A DNA stretch of 64,000 nt from Chrysemys picta bellii (lineage: Eukaryota). The notes under the pieces were generated by a model. It saw only the letters and a program-made list of their open reading frames with translations. It made no database searches and had not been told where the DNA came from. The DNA is taken from NCBI RefSeq assembly GCF_011386835.1, contig NC_088803.1, forward strand, positions 186,001-250,000. The letters run 5' to 3'. Both the position numbers and the translations under genes were made by a program. The stretch's first letter is position 1; each line of letters opens with the position of its first letter. Of the stretch, positions 1 through 10,214 are shown piece by piece.

Positions 1-10
1 GACCGTCACA
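1..10. mobile_element. Terminus of an LTR element interrupting the CR1 ORF1 (rest lies outside the window)
   Basis: The window opens with GACCGTCACA, the ...GTCACA terminus seen on other LTRs here. The CR1 ORF1 reading frame stops abruptly at this junction. Confidence 0.4.
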
Positions 11-940
11 CCACCATAGAGGTCCTGGATTTCAGTCTCTTCCCTAGCAGCCTAAATTTGGCCTCCAGGACGTCTCTCCTACCCTTCCCTATGTCATTGG
101 TACCTACATGTACCACGACCACCGGCTCCTCCCCAGCACTACACATAAGTCTGTCTAGATGCCTCGAGAGATCCGCAACCTTCGCACCAGGCAGGCAAGT
201 CACCATGCGGTTCTCCCGGTCATCACAAACCCAGCTATCTACGTTTCTAATGATCGAATCTCCCAATACTAATACCTGCCTTTTCCTAGCAACTGGAGTT
301 CCCTCCCCCGGAGAGGTAACCTCAGTGCGAGAGGCAACCCCAGCACCGTCTGGAAGGAGGGTCCCAACTATGGGAAGGTTTCCCTCTGCTCCCGTTGACT
401 GCTCTGCTTCCCTGGGCCTTTCATCCTCCTCAACAGCGTAGGGGCTGTCTGACCGGAGGTGGGACAATTCTACAGTGTCCCGGAAAGCCTCATCAACATA
501 CCTCTCTGCCTCCCTTAGCTCCTCCAGTTCCGCCACCCTGGCCTCCAAAGCCCGTACGCAGTCTCTGAGGGCCAGGAGCTCCTTGCACCGAATGCACACA
601 TACGCCACCCACCCATGGGGCAGGTAATCATACATGCTGCACTCAGTGCAATAAACTGGATAGCCCCCACTCTGCAGCTGGGCTTCTGCCTGCATTGTCT
701 CCAACAGCTGCCTAGGTTACTGAATGGGTTTTGTTTAAATCAAGAAGTTTTGAATGTAGTTTAGTTTACAGGTTTTAAAGAACAGCAAGTGAACCTCGCC
801 CCCTTCCCACCCCCATTCCAAACTCCCTTGCGAAACTCCCTGTTAGCAGCTCCCTGGTCGCTTGCTCACTGTTTTATAAAGCCCTGGCCTTCTTGATAGC
901 CCCGCCCCCTGACTAAGGCTCAGATATGAATGAACCACAT
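11..940 (-). mobile_element. CR1 LINE 5' part with ORF1 (Cys-rich zinc finger, coiled coil, SGNH/GDSL esterase domain), truncated
   Basis: The ORF starting at 704 has CTECSMY...CIRCKEL, a heptad region LEARVAELEEL, and esterase blocks LVLGDSIIR, CLPGAKV and VHVGTNDIG typical of CR1 ORF1p. The 5' boundary is approximate. Confidence 0.85.
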
Positions 941-1313
941 AAAATGCCCACATGAGGGCAGCATGCCCTAAGCGTTGAGCAGGGGTTGCTGTGCTTCTGG
1001 GCAAGACTGCAGTGGCTTTCAGCTCACGGTCAGTGGGAATTGTTTGTAGTAGAATCATTCCAGTGATGACTCAGGTCTATACAGAGCATCTGTAGCATTG
1101 GGGAACATGCCCTGGAGTCTGACTCCTCTGTTTATTTCTACAGCATGTGTAAGGGCAACCCCCCTCCCGCCAAGACTGTCCCATAATTGGGACCAGATCG
1201 CCACTGGTGCAAATCATGACTCCAATTTACACCAGTTGAGGAGTGCTTTGTTTCTCTCACGCTCCATCCATCCAGTGACATACACATCATCTGTCTATCT
1301 ATCCATCCTCATA

Positions 1314-1315
<2 letters not shown>

Positions 1316-1349
<34 letters not shown>
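1316..1349. repeat. (CT)n microsatellite
   Basis: Directly visible dinucleotide run. Confidence 0.95.
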
Positions 1350-1350
<1 letters not shown>

Positions 1351-1409
1351 GCTAGCTAGCTACGATCCATGGGTCTGACACACGCCTGTTGCAACATGTG
1401 ATGTACCTC

Positions 1410-1925
1410 ATCCAGTGCACTAAATGCCCCAGTAACAAGTACGTGGCTCAAACCAGATGCTCACTACGCTCTCACAGCCCCTCACATGGAACAAAAGATA
1501 AAAACACCCTGCCTGCCCTGGGCAGACGCTTGTAACGAAGTGATCACTCCATATCTGACCTCTCGGGGCTCGTCCGCGAAGGAACCTGCACAGCACCTGC
1601 AAAAGACAAGCTAGAGAGCTTAAATTCATGACTTTGTTACACACCAATAATCATGGTCTTAATAAAGGCACCATCTTTATGGCTTGTTACACCAATCTGA
1701 ACCCCACTAACCCCTCTTTTTCGTCCTATGACTGCAAGGGTGTTAACAGGCTACTTCACCTCGCATGGGCTCAGAATATGTTAATTACTGGGGCTAAACC
1801 ATCTGTTCTACCTTCTGTTTCGCTGTGAGATGCTGACCAGAAGACGAGCTCTGTGTAGTGCGAAAGCTTTTCTCTGGCACCAAGAGGAGCTGGTCCAATC
1901 AAAGTTATTACCTTACTCACCTTCT
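1410..1925 (+). mobile_element. Penelope-like element 3' fragment (decayed GIY-YIG end plus terminal repeat)
   Basis: The C-terminal motif NNHGLNKGTIFMACY resembles the Penelope ORF end (HGLNRDTGFMAYY type). It is followed by a GAGCTCTGTGTAG..CGAAAGCTT...GGTCCAAT terminal-repeat-type sequence. Confidence 0.7.
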
Positions 1926-2227
1926 CTCTCTCTCCCAATGCACAACCCTCAGCCTCCCCATCCATTCTCACACACAGCCATCTATCCAGCTCTCACTCAT
2001 CCTTGCTGACCCATTCAGCCCATGGTCTTCGTGCTGTGGTCAGTTTGAGTCTGGTGCTGGCTGCAGGGATACCCAGTTAGTCTCCAGAAGAGAGGCCATG
2101 ACAGGGGATTGGATGAACAGGGCCTTCTACCTCTGGTTTCTTTGCTCTGATGGCTGAGTCACTTCCTGACTTGCTGCTCTTTCAGCTTTTCTGTGTCTCC
2201 TCCATACAGCAAGGGAGAGATTTCAGC

Positions 2228-2560
2228 ATGCACGTCAGGTGTCTCCTCCTCGCTGCTGCTCTAAGCGGCTTTTGGGGTAAGCATGGACTTGGCCTCCAAC
2301 TTATTTGCCCCTCTCCTAAGAAGTTCCTCCCGGGTCTTCCCAGGTCTCTGCAGGGAACGGAACGTGCTGACTGAAAGCGCTGGGGGCTGGTTTTAATGCT
2401 GGGGAAATGCAGATTGGTGGGGCTCTCTCTTTGGTTTGTTTTTGGCCATTCCTTCACAGGTCCCGGAACCTTTGCAGAGGAGAACTGAAGATCAAGCCAG
2501 AAAAGATCTCTCTATCCCCAGTCTGCTGCTGGCTGATCAGCCATTAGCTTTTAGCAGCCA
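2228..2560 (+). pseudogene. TCR V leader exon plus heavily decayed V relic
   Basis: Leader exon 2228-2276 encodes MHVRCLLLAAALSGFW-G with a phase-1 GTAAG donor at 2277. An acceptor (ccttcacag) ends at 2459 and gives GPGTFAEEN*. A downstream frame has an FR3-like LSIPSLLLAD. There is no Cys23, Trp41 or clear RSS. TGAGTCA and CTTCCT motifs lie about 70 bp upstream. Confidence 0.5.
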
Positions 2561-2726
2561 GTGGAGCGTAGGACTTCCAAAGCTGCTAAAGGGAGTGGAA
2601 TGGCCAGTTCGTGGGACCTGGCGGGGTCAGGCTCCTGCCCAGCTTAATGCAGTGCTGGGTTTTGGGGAGCCCTGCAGGGATTGCCTGCACCAGTGCAGCT
2701 GATCCTGCCATTCTTCTGCCTTCCAG

Positions 2727-3036
2727 CTCAGGCCCTCAGGGCCTGCGGAGGTGACGCTGACAGAGAGGCAGAGCATGACCCTGAGCTGTAACTTCTCCAG
2801 TGGCCGCTCCCAGCTGGATGTGTTCTGGTACCGGCAGCGCCAGGAGCAGCCACCCCAGCTTATCATGCGTGTCAACAGCTACGGGCAGGAGTTGTCCTAG
2901 AGTGGGCACTTCTGGGCAGCGTTGCGTCCGCAGAACAACATGGCTCCCCTCAGCATCCTGGGGGCAGCCCTGCAGGACAGGGCGGGTTACTCCTGCGCCC
3001 TGGGCTGGCAGCTCAGCATTCCTGCTCACAAAAGCC
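2727..3036 (+). pseudogene. TCR alpha/delta V pseudogene
   Basis: Reads ...EVTLTERQSMTLSCNFSSGRSQLDVFWYRQRQEQPPQLIMRVNSYGQELS*SGHFWAALRPQNNMAPLSILGAALQDRAGYSCALG. Cys, WYRQ and YxC are present, but there is an in-frame TAG at 2898-2900. The acceptor is out of phase. A nonamer-like ACAAAAGCC sits at 3028-3036 with no valid heptamer. Confidence 0.85.
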
Positions 3037-3364
3037 TGCCAGCCTCCTCGTCCCGTGTTGGGCTTGGGGCTCAGCTGAACACAGCACAGCTCTCTCTGAG
3101 GGCACAGGGAGCCCAGCCTCCTGATCTCCCCGAGATGACCAAGGTGTAGCCATGGACCAGGTGTGATTCACCCCCATGTGCAAGACAGACGACAGCTCCC
3201 TCCCTCTAGCCAGGCTTCCCTCTGGACTTTCCTGTCTGTGAGAGTGGTGCCGCTCTGCACAGTCTCTGACTCTCACCAGATACTCGCTGTCCATTCCGCC
3301 TGGGGCTTTACACAGTCTCTCTGTGGCTGTCTGTGTGAGACCCCCAATGGTTGTTTTGTTCCAG

Positions 3365-3653
3365 GTGTGATGGCCCAGACCACTGTGCACCAGCTGGAGG
3401 GGCCGGTCACTGCCAAGGAAGGGGATGCCTTCCAGATCAATTGCACATACCAAACTGCCAACTTCTACGGCTTGGCCTGGTACCAGCAGTGGGAGGGAAA
3501 AGCCCCAGGCCTGGTCTCATACCAGGTAGCAGCTGGTCAGGAGGAGTATGGGCGATTCACTGCTTTCCTCAGCACCGCTGGGAAATACAGCCTCCTTCAC
3601 CTCAAGGAGACCTGGGTCTCAGACGCTGCCTCCTACCTGTGTGCTGTGAGAGA
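3365..3653 (+). CDS. TRAV1: TRAV1-like T-cell receptor alpha V exon (open frame; leader not located nearby)
   Basis: Acceptor ttgttccag ends at 3364 (phase 1). The exon encodes (G)VMAQTTVHQLEGPVTAKEGDAFQINCTYQTANFYGLAWYQQWEGKAPGLVSYQVAAGQEEYGRFTAFLSTAGKYSLLHLKETWVSDAASYLCAVRD. Hand alignment to human TRAV1-2 as recalled gives 49/81 identities with no gaps from TAxEG to CAVR. Confidence 0.85.
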
Positions 3654-3692
3654 CACACTGACTCCAGGGGCTTCCTGAGCTGTGCAGTATCT
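3654..3692 (+). promoter_or_regulatory. V recombination signal sequence (23-bp spacer), weak nonamer
   Basis: Heptamer CACACTG at 3654-3660, 23-bp spacer, nonamer GCAGTATCT at 3684-3692. Confidence 0.7.
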
Positions 3693-4329
3693 GGAGCAGG
3701 TGTGTGTATGGTGGGGGAATGGGCTCCTCAGATCTCCCCTACTGCCGAGAGCAGTTATCTCATGCTGCTGGGAACAGTGCAGAGGTTACTGGATTCAGGC
3801 CCCTCCTCCGCCATAGACTTCCCGGGTGATCTTGGGCCAGCACTTGGCCTCAGTTCCCATCTCTCCAAAGGGGAAAACAGCCCTGCCCTTCCTCCCGGGG
3901 GGAGAGAGGGCTGGAAGGATCAATATGTGAAAGATTGGGCAGTGCTTTGAGATCGCCCAAAGCGCTATATGCGAGAGAGACGGTGGTGTTATTAATGACT
4001 ACTTGCAAAGGAATAGAAGGGCTGCCACTCCCAGCAATCATCTCGCTCAGTCTCATGCCTATGACAGCGGCTGGCACCAGCTGCTTCCGAGGAAGGTGTA
4101 AGATCCTGTGAATTTCCCCCTGTGAATGTTTCCTCCTGACCTCTAGTAGTCAGAGAGGGGCTCAAGCCCTGGAGCATGAGGTTGAATGTCCCTACCAATG
4201 TTTTCTGTCACAATTAAAACTCTGGCTATTCCAGTGAGAGCCTTACAGAGCTCAGTGTGTTTGGCGTATTGGAAAGGAGACTGAGAGGACCCTTCATCAC
4301 ATTGTAGAAGTATTTTCATGGGAAGCAAA

Positions 4330-4640
4330 CATCGGCTGCTAATGGGCCATTCAAGCTAGTGGAGAAAGTCAGAACAAGAACCATGGGCTGGAAGTTGAAG
4401 TACACAAGAATTAAGCACAGATTTCTAACACAAGGGCAATTAACCATAGGAATAAACTTTCAAGGGGAGGGGTGAATTCTCCAGCTCTTGAGGCCTTCCG
4501 ATCAAGGCCAGATGCCTTTGAACATTCTTGTTCTCCTTCCTGGAAGATACTTTAATCCAGCACCATTTATTGGGCTCAGGGCAAGTGGATGAAATTCTCT
4601 GGCGTGTGTCAGACAGCAGGTCAAACTAGCGCGAATGGTC
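4330..4640 (+). mobile_element. CR1 3'-end fragment (old)
   Basis: Decayed AGAACAAGAA...TGGAAGTTG...TTTCTAAC...GGTGAATTCTCC tract resembling the 3' ends of the better-preserved CR1 copies in this window. Boundaries are approximate. Confidence 0.55.
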
Positions 4641-5050
4641 CCTCCTGGCTTTCAGACCCCTGGGAGTTGGAAGTGTTAACACCAGGACTGGAGGTACCCC
4701 TGGGGATCTGAAGTGTGGTCCCCAGAAGTCGTCCAGCTGTGACTCACCCACCACCGAATACTCTCCCTTCTCCATCCAGAGACTGGGATCCTCCAAACAG
4801 CCTAAGGGAATTGGGAGCTGGGTGCCTGAAGCTTTTGCAAACCTGAGCCACAAACACCTCCTATGGTAACTCCCTGGTACACGTTTGACCAGTGTGCAAT
4901 GTTCAGACAGGCTGCTGGGGGGCACTAAAGGCAGGTTTCAAACCAGCCCTTCTATGCGTTTTGTAGGAGAAGGGAGAGAGTCCTGGCTGTTCAGAGCTGA
5001 AAACCTGCTGAGAGCAGAGAGCTGGGGGCTTTCTCTGTCTCTTCAATGCA

Positions 5051-6459
5051 ATGATCTCCTTGGATGGTGTCCTGGTTTTCTCCCTCTGCATCTCAGGTGG
5101 GTTTGTGGGGAAATTGCTGCCAATCATTCCTGTTAGGTGAGCTGCTCATGGTCGATACGTAGCTATGGAGGGTGAAGAGTTGTGAAAGCAGATGGCAGTT
5201 CTTTAATTTCAAATGGGATCTAGCAACTGAGATGAAGCTAGCTAGACAAATTCAAGCTGGATATAAAGGGCCAATTTAGAACAGGGAGGGTGATTCGCTA
5301 TTGGAACAACTTTTCTTGGGGACTTGCTGGTGTCTCCATCGCTTGGGCTCTTTCTAAAAGCTCAGCTGTAGCTCACTCTCTGTGCAGAAATCCCAGGAGA
5401 AAGGCTCTGGCCTGGGTTATACAGGGGATCGCCATGTTCCTAGTGATCCTTTGTGGCCTTTACATCTCTGAATTGTCAAACCAGGGGCCAAAATGTCGTT
5501 TGTTTTCCTAGAAATCTGTTTAAAAAGCAAAGAAAGATTCAATTAGAAATGTTTATATAGTAAAACAGCAAGCAACCACCTGCCAAAAACCAACCCCCAA
5601 ACCCCAGCCAAACAACCCCCCGCCCCCCAACAAACCCAAACTAATCAACCAACAAAATGCCTGGAAAAAATGAAAAGTGAAAAATTTTCAGTTTGTGCTT
5701 TTTTGGCAGAAACCCCCCCAATGGGGCAGTGTGACTGTGGGGAGAGCGCCGGAGTGTAGGACCCAGTCTGCCCGCTGGGTGAGCTTTGGCAAGGCCTCTC
5801 TGGGCCTCATTTCCCCACCTGTAAAATGACCTTCTTTGTCAAGCTTTTTGAGATTGATGCATGAAAAACACTGTGTTAGAGCCAGGGGTTGTTAGAGGGA
5901 CAGGGGAAGTCTCTTATTCTGTCAAAAAGCCACTTTCTGTAGGAAAAAAAGTTTCAAGAGACTTTTTTCGAGCTGCCAGATGTGAAACAGGTGCTTCAGC
6001 AGCAGTGTGACTGGGAGATTTCGGCCTGCCAGGGAGAGGGGAATTTGGGGGGCAGGAGGGGAAGGCTACTGGAAGTGGGATAGGGATGTGCTCTCAGGGC
6101 CAACAGCTCTGTACCACCCTTCTCTCTTTTGCAGCCCCACTGGCCAGAGCCCAGCAAGGGGGTAAGGATACGGTGACCCAGCCTCCTGCCACGCTGATGT
6201 CGTCTGAAGGGGAGAATGTCACCTTACCTTGCAGCTTCACGTCCATCTCCTCCACCCCCACTGTCGCTTGGTACCGGCAGCGCCTGTTGCATTCCCTGGA
6301 GTATTTGATTCGTGGAGACTCCCTGGGATTTACCGACAGGGCGAATGAGGAGGAGACGCGCCTGCATCTCTGGGTGCATAAGCAGCAAGGAGCAGCTCCT
6401 CTGAATATCTCTGCAGCCCGGGTCTCAGACTCCGCTCTGTTCTTCTGTGTGCTGAGTCC
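5051..6459 (+). CDS. TCR alpha/delta V gene, apparently functional (leader exon 5051-5096, V exon 6135-6459)
   Basis: Leader MISLDGVLVFSLCIS-G with GTGGGT donor at 5097; acceptor ctctcttttgcag ends at 6134 (phase 1). The V reads APLARAQQGGKDTVTQPPATLMSSEGENVTLPCSFTSISSTPTVAWYRQRLLHSLEYLIRGDSLGFTDRANEEETRLHLWVHKQQGAAPLNISAARVSDSALFFCVLS with Cys23, Trp41 and Cys104 intact. The leader-to-V pairing is inferred. Confidence 0.8.
5150..5475 (+). mobile_element. CR1 3'-end fragment inside the V leader intron
   Basis: GAAGCTAGCTAGACAAATTCAAGCTGGA...GGTGATTCGCTATTGGAACAAC tract, homologous to the CR1 end at about 16.1-16.4 kb. Confidence 0.55.
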
Positions 6460-6498
6460 CACAGCCCTGCAGCCCTGGCCTTTCCCTGTGCGAGAACC
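6460..6498 (+). promoter_or_regulatory. V RSS (23-bp spacer)
   Basis: CACAGCC at 6460-6466, 23 bp, GCGAGAACC at 6490-6498. Confidence 0.8.
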
Positions 6499-7975
6499 TC
6501 CGAGTCCAGCCCCAGTCCAGTCCCAGCCTCAGCCCCCTCCTCTGTGCATGATCCTCCCAACTCCCCCCCCCCACCCCACCCGCCCCATCCTGTCCCAGGG
6601 TGAGAACCTCCCAGCCCCAGTCCAGCCCAGCCTCAGCCCCCTCCTCTGTGCATGATCCCCCCAACTCCCCCCCCACCCCGCCCGCCCCATCCTGTCCCAG
6701 GGTGAGAACCTCCCAGCCCCAGTCCAGTCCCAGCCTCAGCCCCCTCCTCTGTGCATGATCCTCCCAACTCCCCCCCCATCCCCATCCCCATCCTGTCCCA
6801 GGGTGAGAACCTCCCAGCCCAGCCCCCTCAGCCCCCTCCTCCGTGCATGATCCTCCCAACTCCCCCCCATCCCCATCCCCATCCTGTCCCAGGGTGAGAA
6901 CCTCCCAGCCCCAGTCCAGCCCCAGCCTCAGCCCCCTCCTCCGTGCATGATCCTCCCAACTCCCCCCCCACCCCGCCCGCCCAGCCCCATCCTGTCCCAG
7001 GGTGAGAACCTCCCAGCCCCAGTCCAGCCCCAGCCCCATTCGCCTCAGCCCCCTCCTCCGTGCATGATCCTCCCAACTCCCCCCCGTGCCCCATCCTGTC
7101 CCAGGGCGAGAACCTCCCAGCCCCCTCAACCCCCTCCTCTGTGCCTGATCCTCCCAACTCCCCCCCGCCCGCCCCAGCCCCATCCTGTCCCAGGGCGAGA
7201 ACCTCCCAGCCCAGCCCCTCAGCCCCCTCCTCCGTGCATGATCCTCCCAACTCCCACCCGCCTGCCCCAGCCCCATCCTGTCCCAGGGCGAGAACCTCCC
7301 AGCCCCAGTCCAGCCCCAGCCCCATTCGCCTCAGCCCCCTCCTCCGTGCATGATCCTCCCAACTCCCCCCGTGCCCCATCCTGTCCCAGGGCGAGAACCT
7401 CCCAGCCCCCTCAACCCCCTCCTCTGTGCCTGATCCTCCCAACTCCCCCCGCCCGCCCCAGCCCCATCCTGTCCCAGGGCGAGAACCTCCCAGCCCAGCC
7501 CCCTCAGCCCCTCCTCCGTGCATGATCCTCCCAACTCCCACCCGCCTGCCCCAGCCCCATCCTGTCCCAGGGCGAGAACCTCCCAGCCCCAGTCCAGCCC
7601 CAGCCCCATTCGCCTCAGCCCCCTCCTCCGTGCATGATCCTCCCAACTCCCCCCGTGCCCCATCCTGTACCAGGGCGAGAACCTCCCAGCCCAGCCCCCT
7701 CAACCCCCTCCTCTGTGCATGATCCTCCAACTCCCCCCCATCCCCATCCCCATCCTGTCCCAGGGCGAGAACCTCCCAGCCCAGCCCCCTCAGCCCCCTC
7801 CTCCGTGCATGATCCTCCCAACTCCCCCCCCGCCCGCCCCAGCCCATCCTGTCCCAGGGCGAGAACCTCCCAGCCCCAGTCCAGCCCCAGCCCCAGCCCC
7901 TCAGCCCCCTCCTCCGTGCATGATCCTCCCAACTCCCCCCCCATCCTGTCCCAGGGCGAGGACCTCCCAATCCCA
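6490..7975. repeat. C-rich minisatellite, about 16 units of about 90-110 bp, with a partial 3-unit higher-order period of about 285 bp
   Basis: Recurrent unit (G/T)GAGAACCTCCCAGCCCC...CCTCCGTGCATGATCCTCCCAACTCCCCC...CCATCCTGTCCCAGGG. The variant CCCATTCGCCTCAGCC recurs near 7035, 7321 and 7606. Confidence 0.95.
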
Positions 7976-8512
7976 ACCCCCCACTCCCCTGCAGCCACTG
8001 CTGCCTGAGGCAAGGATCTCCCAGCCACAACCCACTCCCCTTGTAGAAGAACCTCCCAGCCCAGCCCCTGGCCCCTGTCCGCAGCCCTGCAAGCTCAGGG
8101 GTGGAATCATGGCTGTGTGACGGGACAGGACAGTCTCAGAATTGAGCACTGGGGGGTGACGTTCGCACCTGAGCACCAGGCCCCAGCCGAAGGACTAGCC
8201 CCACTGAGGGCCTAAGCACACGGAGGCCCTGGGAATGCAGCTAGCGAGATAGAAGAGAGAAGTTTTACAATTGCTGTATCTTTAACTGTGCATCGCTCTT
8301 GCTACCTCAGAGGAGATCAAAGGGGGCTGCTGTGCTGTCTTGCGACCAGCTCAGAAGGGAAGAGACTGGTGGGTGGAGGGAGGGACGGGCTAGGTGCTCT
8401 GAAGCAGTTTGCTCTGTGCAGAAGGGGTGTTTGCGGTTGCAGAGGCAGCTGGGTGGCAGGCGTTAGTCACGGCTAGAAAGCACAAAACGCGGCCAGTGCT
8501 CTGAGCATTGCC

Positions 8513-9190
8513 ATGAAGGAATTACTGCCTGTGCTGTCCCTACTTGGTGGGTAAGAGTCTCCTTCTCTTGTCTTCATCCAGCCTCTGGCTAGGTGTGAAA
8601 AATTGGGAGGGGGTGGGGGGTAACAGGCGCCTATATAAGAAAAAGCCCCTAATATCGGGACTGTCCCTATAAAATTGGGACATCTGGTCACCCTCCCCCC
8701 GGCAGGGTCCGTCGATTTATCCGCTCTCTCTCCAGCACGGCACTGTTGAGCACCTTTCGTATGGGTTAGAGCCGCTCATTCTGTGGGGTCAGCGTCTCTG
8801 CACCCAGGTTTTCTCTAGCCCTAGACAATTTGTGCATCACTGCCCAGGCGGCTGAGAGTCCGTCCCTCTCTCACTCCCTGCCTCTCTTCCCGCAGTGGCT
8901 CCGAAATGGGCCCTGGCCCAGGTTTTCCAGCCCCCTCGGCTCACGGATGTGGAAGGAGAAAGGATCTTGATCCCATGCAGCCAAAATGCCACCTCCCATG
9001 ACATGATGTCTTGGTACAAACAGCCCCAGCAGGGCCGGGGGGCGCCGAGCTTTCTAGGGACTGGGCATGACGGCTCCTCCACCGCTGGAGAATTCACCAT
9101 GGCTGTGCACAAGGCCTCCCGCTCCACCAAACTCACCCGAGATGGAGCCAGCCTGAGCGACGCCGGCATCTACTACTGCGCAGTGAGAGA
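8513..9190 (+). CDS. TRAV gene, TRAV2/4/26-like, apparently functional (leader 8513-8546, V exon 8896-9190)
   Basis: Leader MKELLPVLSLL-G with GTGGGT donor at 8547; acceptor cttcccgcag ends at 8895. The V reads VAPKWALAQVFQPPRLTDVEGERILIPCSQNATSHDMMSWYKQPQQGRGAPSFLGTGHDGSSTAGEFTMAVHKASRSTKLTRDGASLSDAGIYYCAVRD. Confidence 0.85.
8590..8694. mobile_element. Partial hAT-type MITE in the V intron
   Basis: Ends in GGGACATCTGGTCACCCT, the same terminal inverted repeat (TIR) as the complete copy at 61520-61639. The left TIR is lost. Confidence 0.7.
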
Positions 9191-9229
9191 CACAGCGAGG
9201 GGAATCCAGGTGCCAGCTGCACAGAAACC
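9191..9229 (+). promoter_or_regulatory. V RSS (23-bp spacer), near consensus
   Basis: CACAGCG at 9191-9197, 23 bp, ACAGAAACC at 9221-9229. Confidence 0.9.
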
Positions 9230-9784
9230 TGCAGCCTGGCTTCCTGCTGGGCCCTCCTGAGCCAGCCCAGCATTGGGTGCCCCTCGCTTCAAGCTGATGT
9301 GCCTCTTCTGTTCAAAAAACTTTTTTCAAAGTGCCCTAGAATCCGCATGCAGCATCAGATCTGCTGGAAAACTGCTAGGATAGATGGGAGGTAAATATAC
9401 AGCGTGTGCGGGAAAGATGGGATCATTTGGACCAGAGGTTCCTGAGATATGACCTGGTCTTAAAATTCTCACTTTTATTTGCACAGAACTAGGGGATAAA
9501 CAACAGGCCAGGAAATTCAAAGGGACTTGAGTGTCTAATTCCCTTCGCCACTCCAAGCCTGTGTGATCGGATCTCTCCTGTTCTCGGCTAGTGCAGACTG
9601 GTGCCAAAAACCAGGTCCAAAACCCAGTGATCTACAGCCAGACAGACTCTCTCAGCGGCGCAGGGCAGGGTCGGTTCTGCAAGCACCTGCTCTGAAGTGC
9701 ACCCACAGACTCAGCTCCCAGGAGGGCTGACTGGATCCTCTGCCTTCCTGCCACTTTACTGTGTGGTTTTAGTTCTTCTCCTGG

Positions 9785-10035
9785 GGAAGGGAGTGGGGTG
9801 TAGTGGTTAAAGTTGTAGGGCTGCGAGCCAGGATTCCTGGGTTCTGGGAGGGGAGTGGGGGCTAATTGGTTAGCATAGGGGTGTGGGTGGGTTTGAGAAC
9901 CAGGACTCCTGGGTTCTATTCCCAGCTCTGCAATGTGACCTGAGCCATGTCGCTCTCTGCCTCAGTTTCCCCCACTGTAAAATGGGGATGATAACCTTTT
10001 CTTACCTCCTGGGGCTATTGTGAGGACAAATCCAT
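9785..10035 (+). mobile_element. tRNA-derived / MIR-like SINE
   Basis: GTGTAGTGGTTA...CCAGGACTCCTGGGTTCTATTCCCAGCTCTG...CTCTGCCTCAGTTTCCCC..CTGTAAAATGGGGATGATAA, a CORE-SINE-like pattern. Confidence 0.6.
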
Positions 10036-10214
10036 CAGTGTGCCTGAGCTGACAGGGGCCATGTAAACAGAGACAGAACTGGCAAAAGGTGGCAGAAAAT
10101 GTCATCTTTTGGTAGGAAGCTAAAATAATGAAAGAATAAAGGACTTGGCACAATACTTTGGTCCTTGCCTGGTATAAATTAAGTAGGTTCCATTGCAGTC
10201 AATGGGATCTGGTC

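Noticed and set aside
1835-1868. Hammerhead-like cores in Penelope fragments (also about 51447-51475)
   Set aside because: The catalytic CUGANGA or GAAA boxes are mutated and stems I and III are not evident.
6086-6134. Single-exon leader plus V (MCSQGQQLCTTLLSFAAPLARA), as described for some chicken V-alpha genes
   Set aside because: The hydrophobic stretch is the polypyrimidine tract of a good phase-1 acceptor, and a conventional leader exon exists at 5051-5096.
6425-8176. Long Gly/Trp-rich and Pro-rich ORFs (up to 400 aa)
   Set aside because: They are translations of the minisatellite, open in several frames on both strands.
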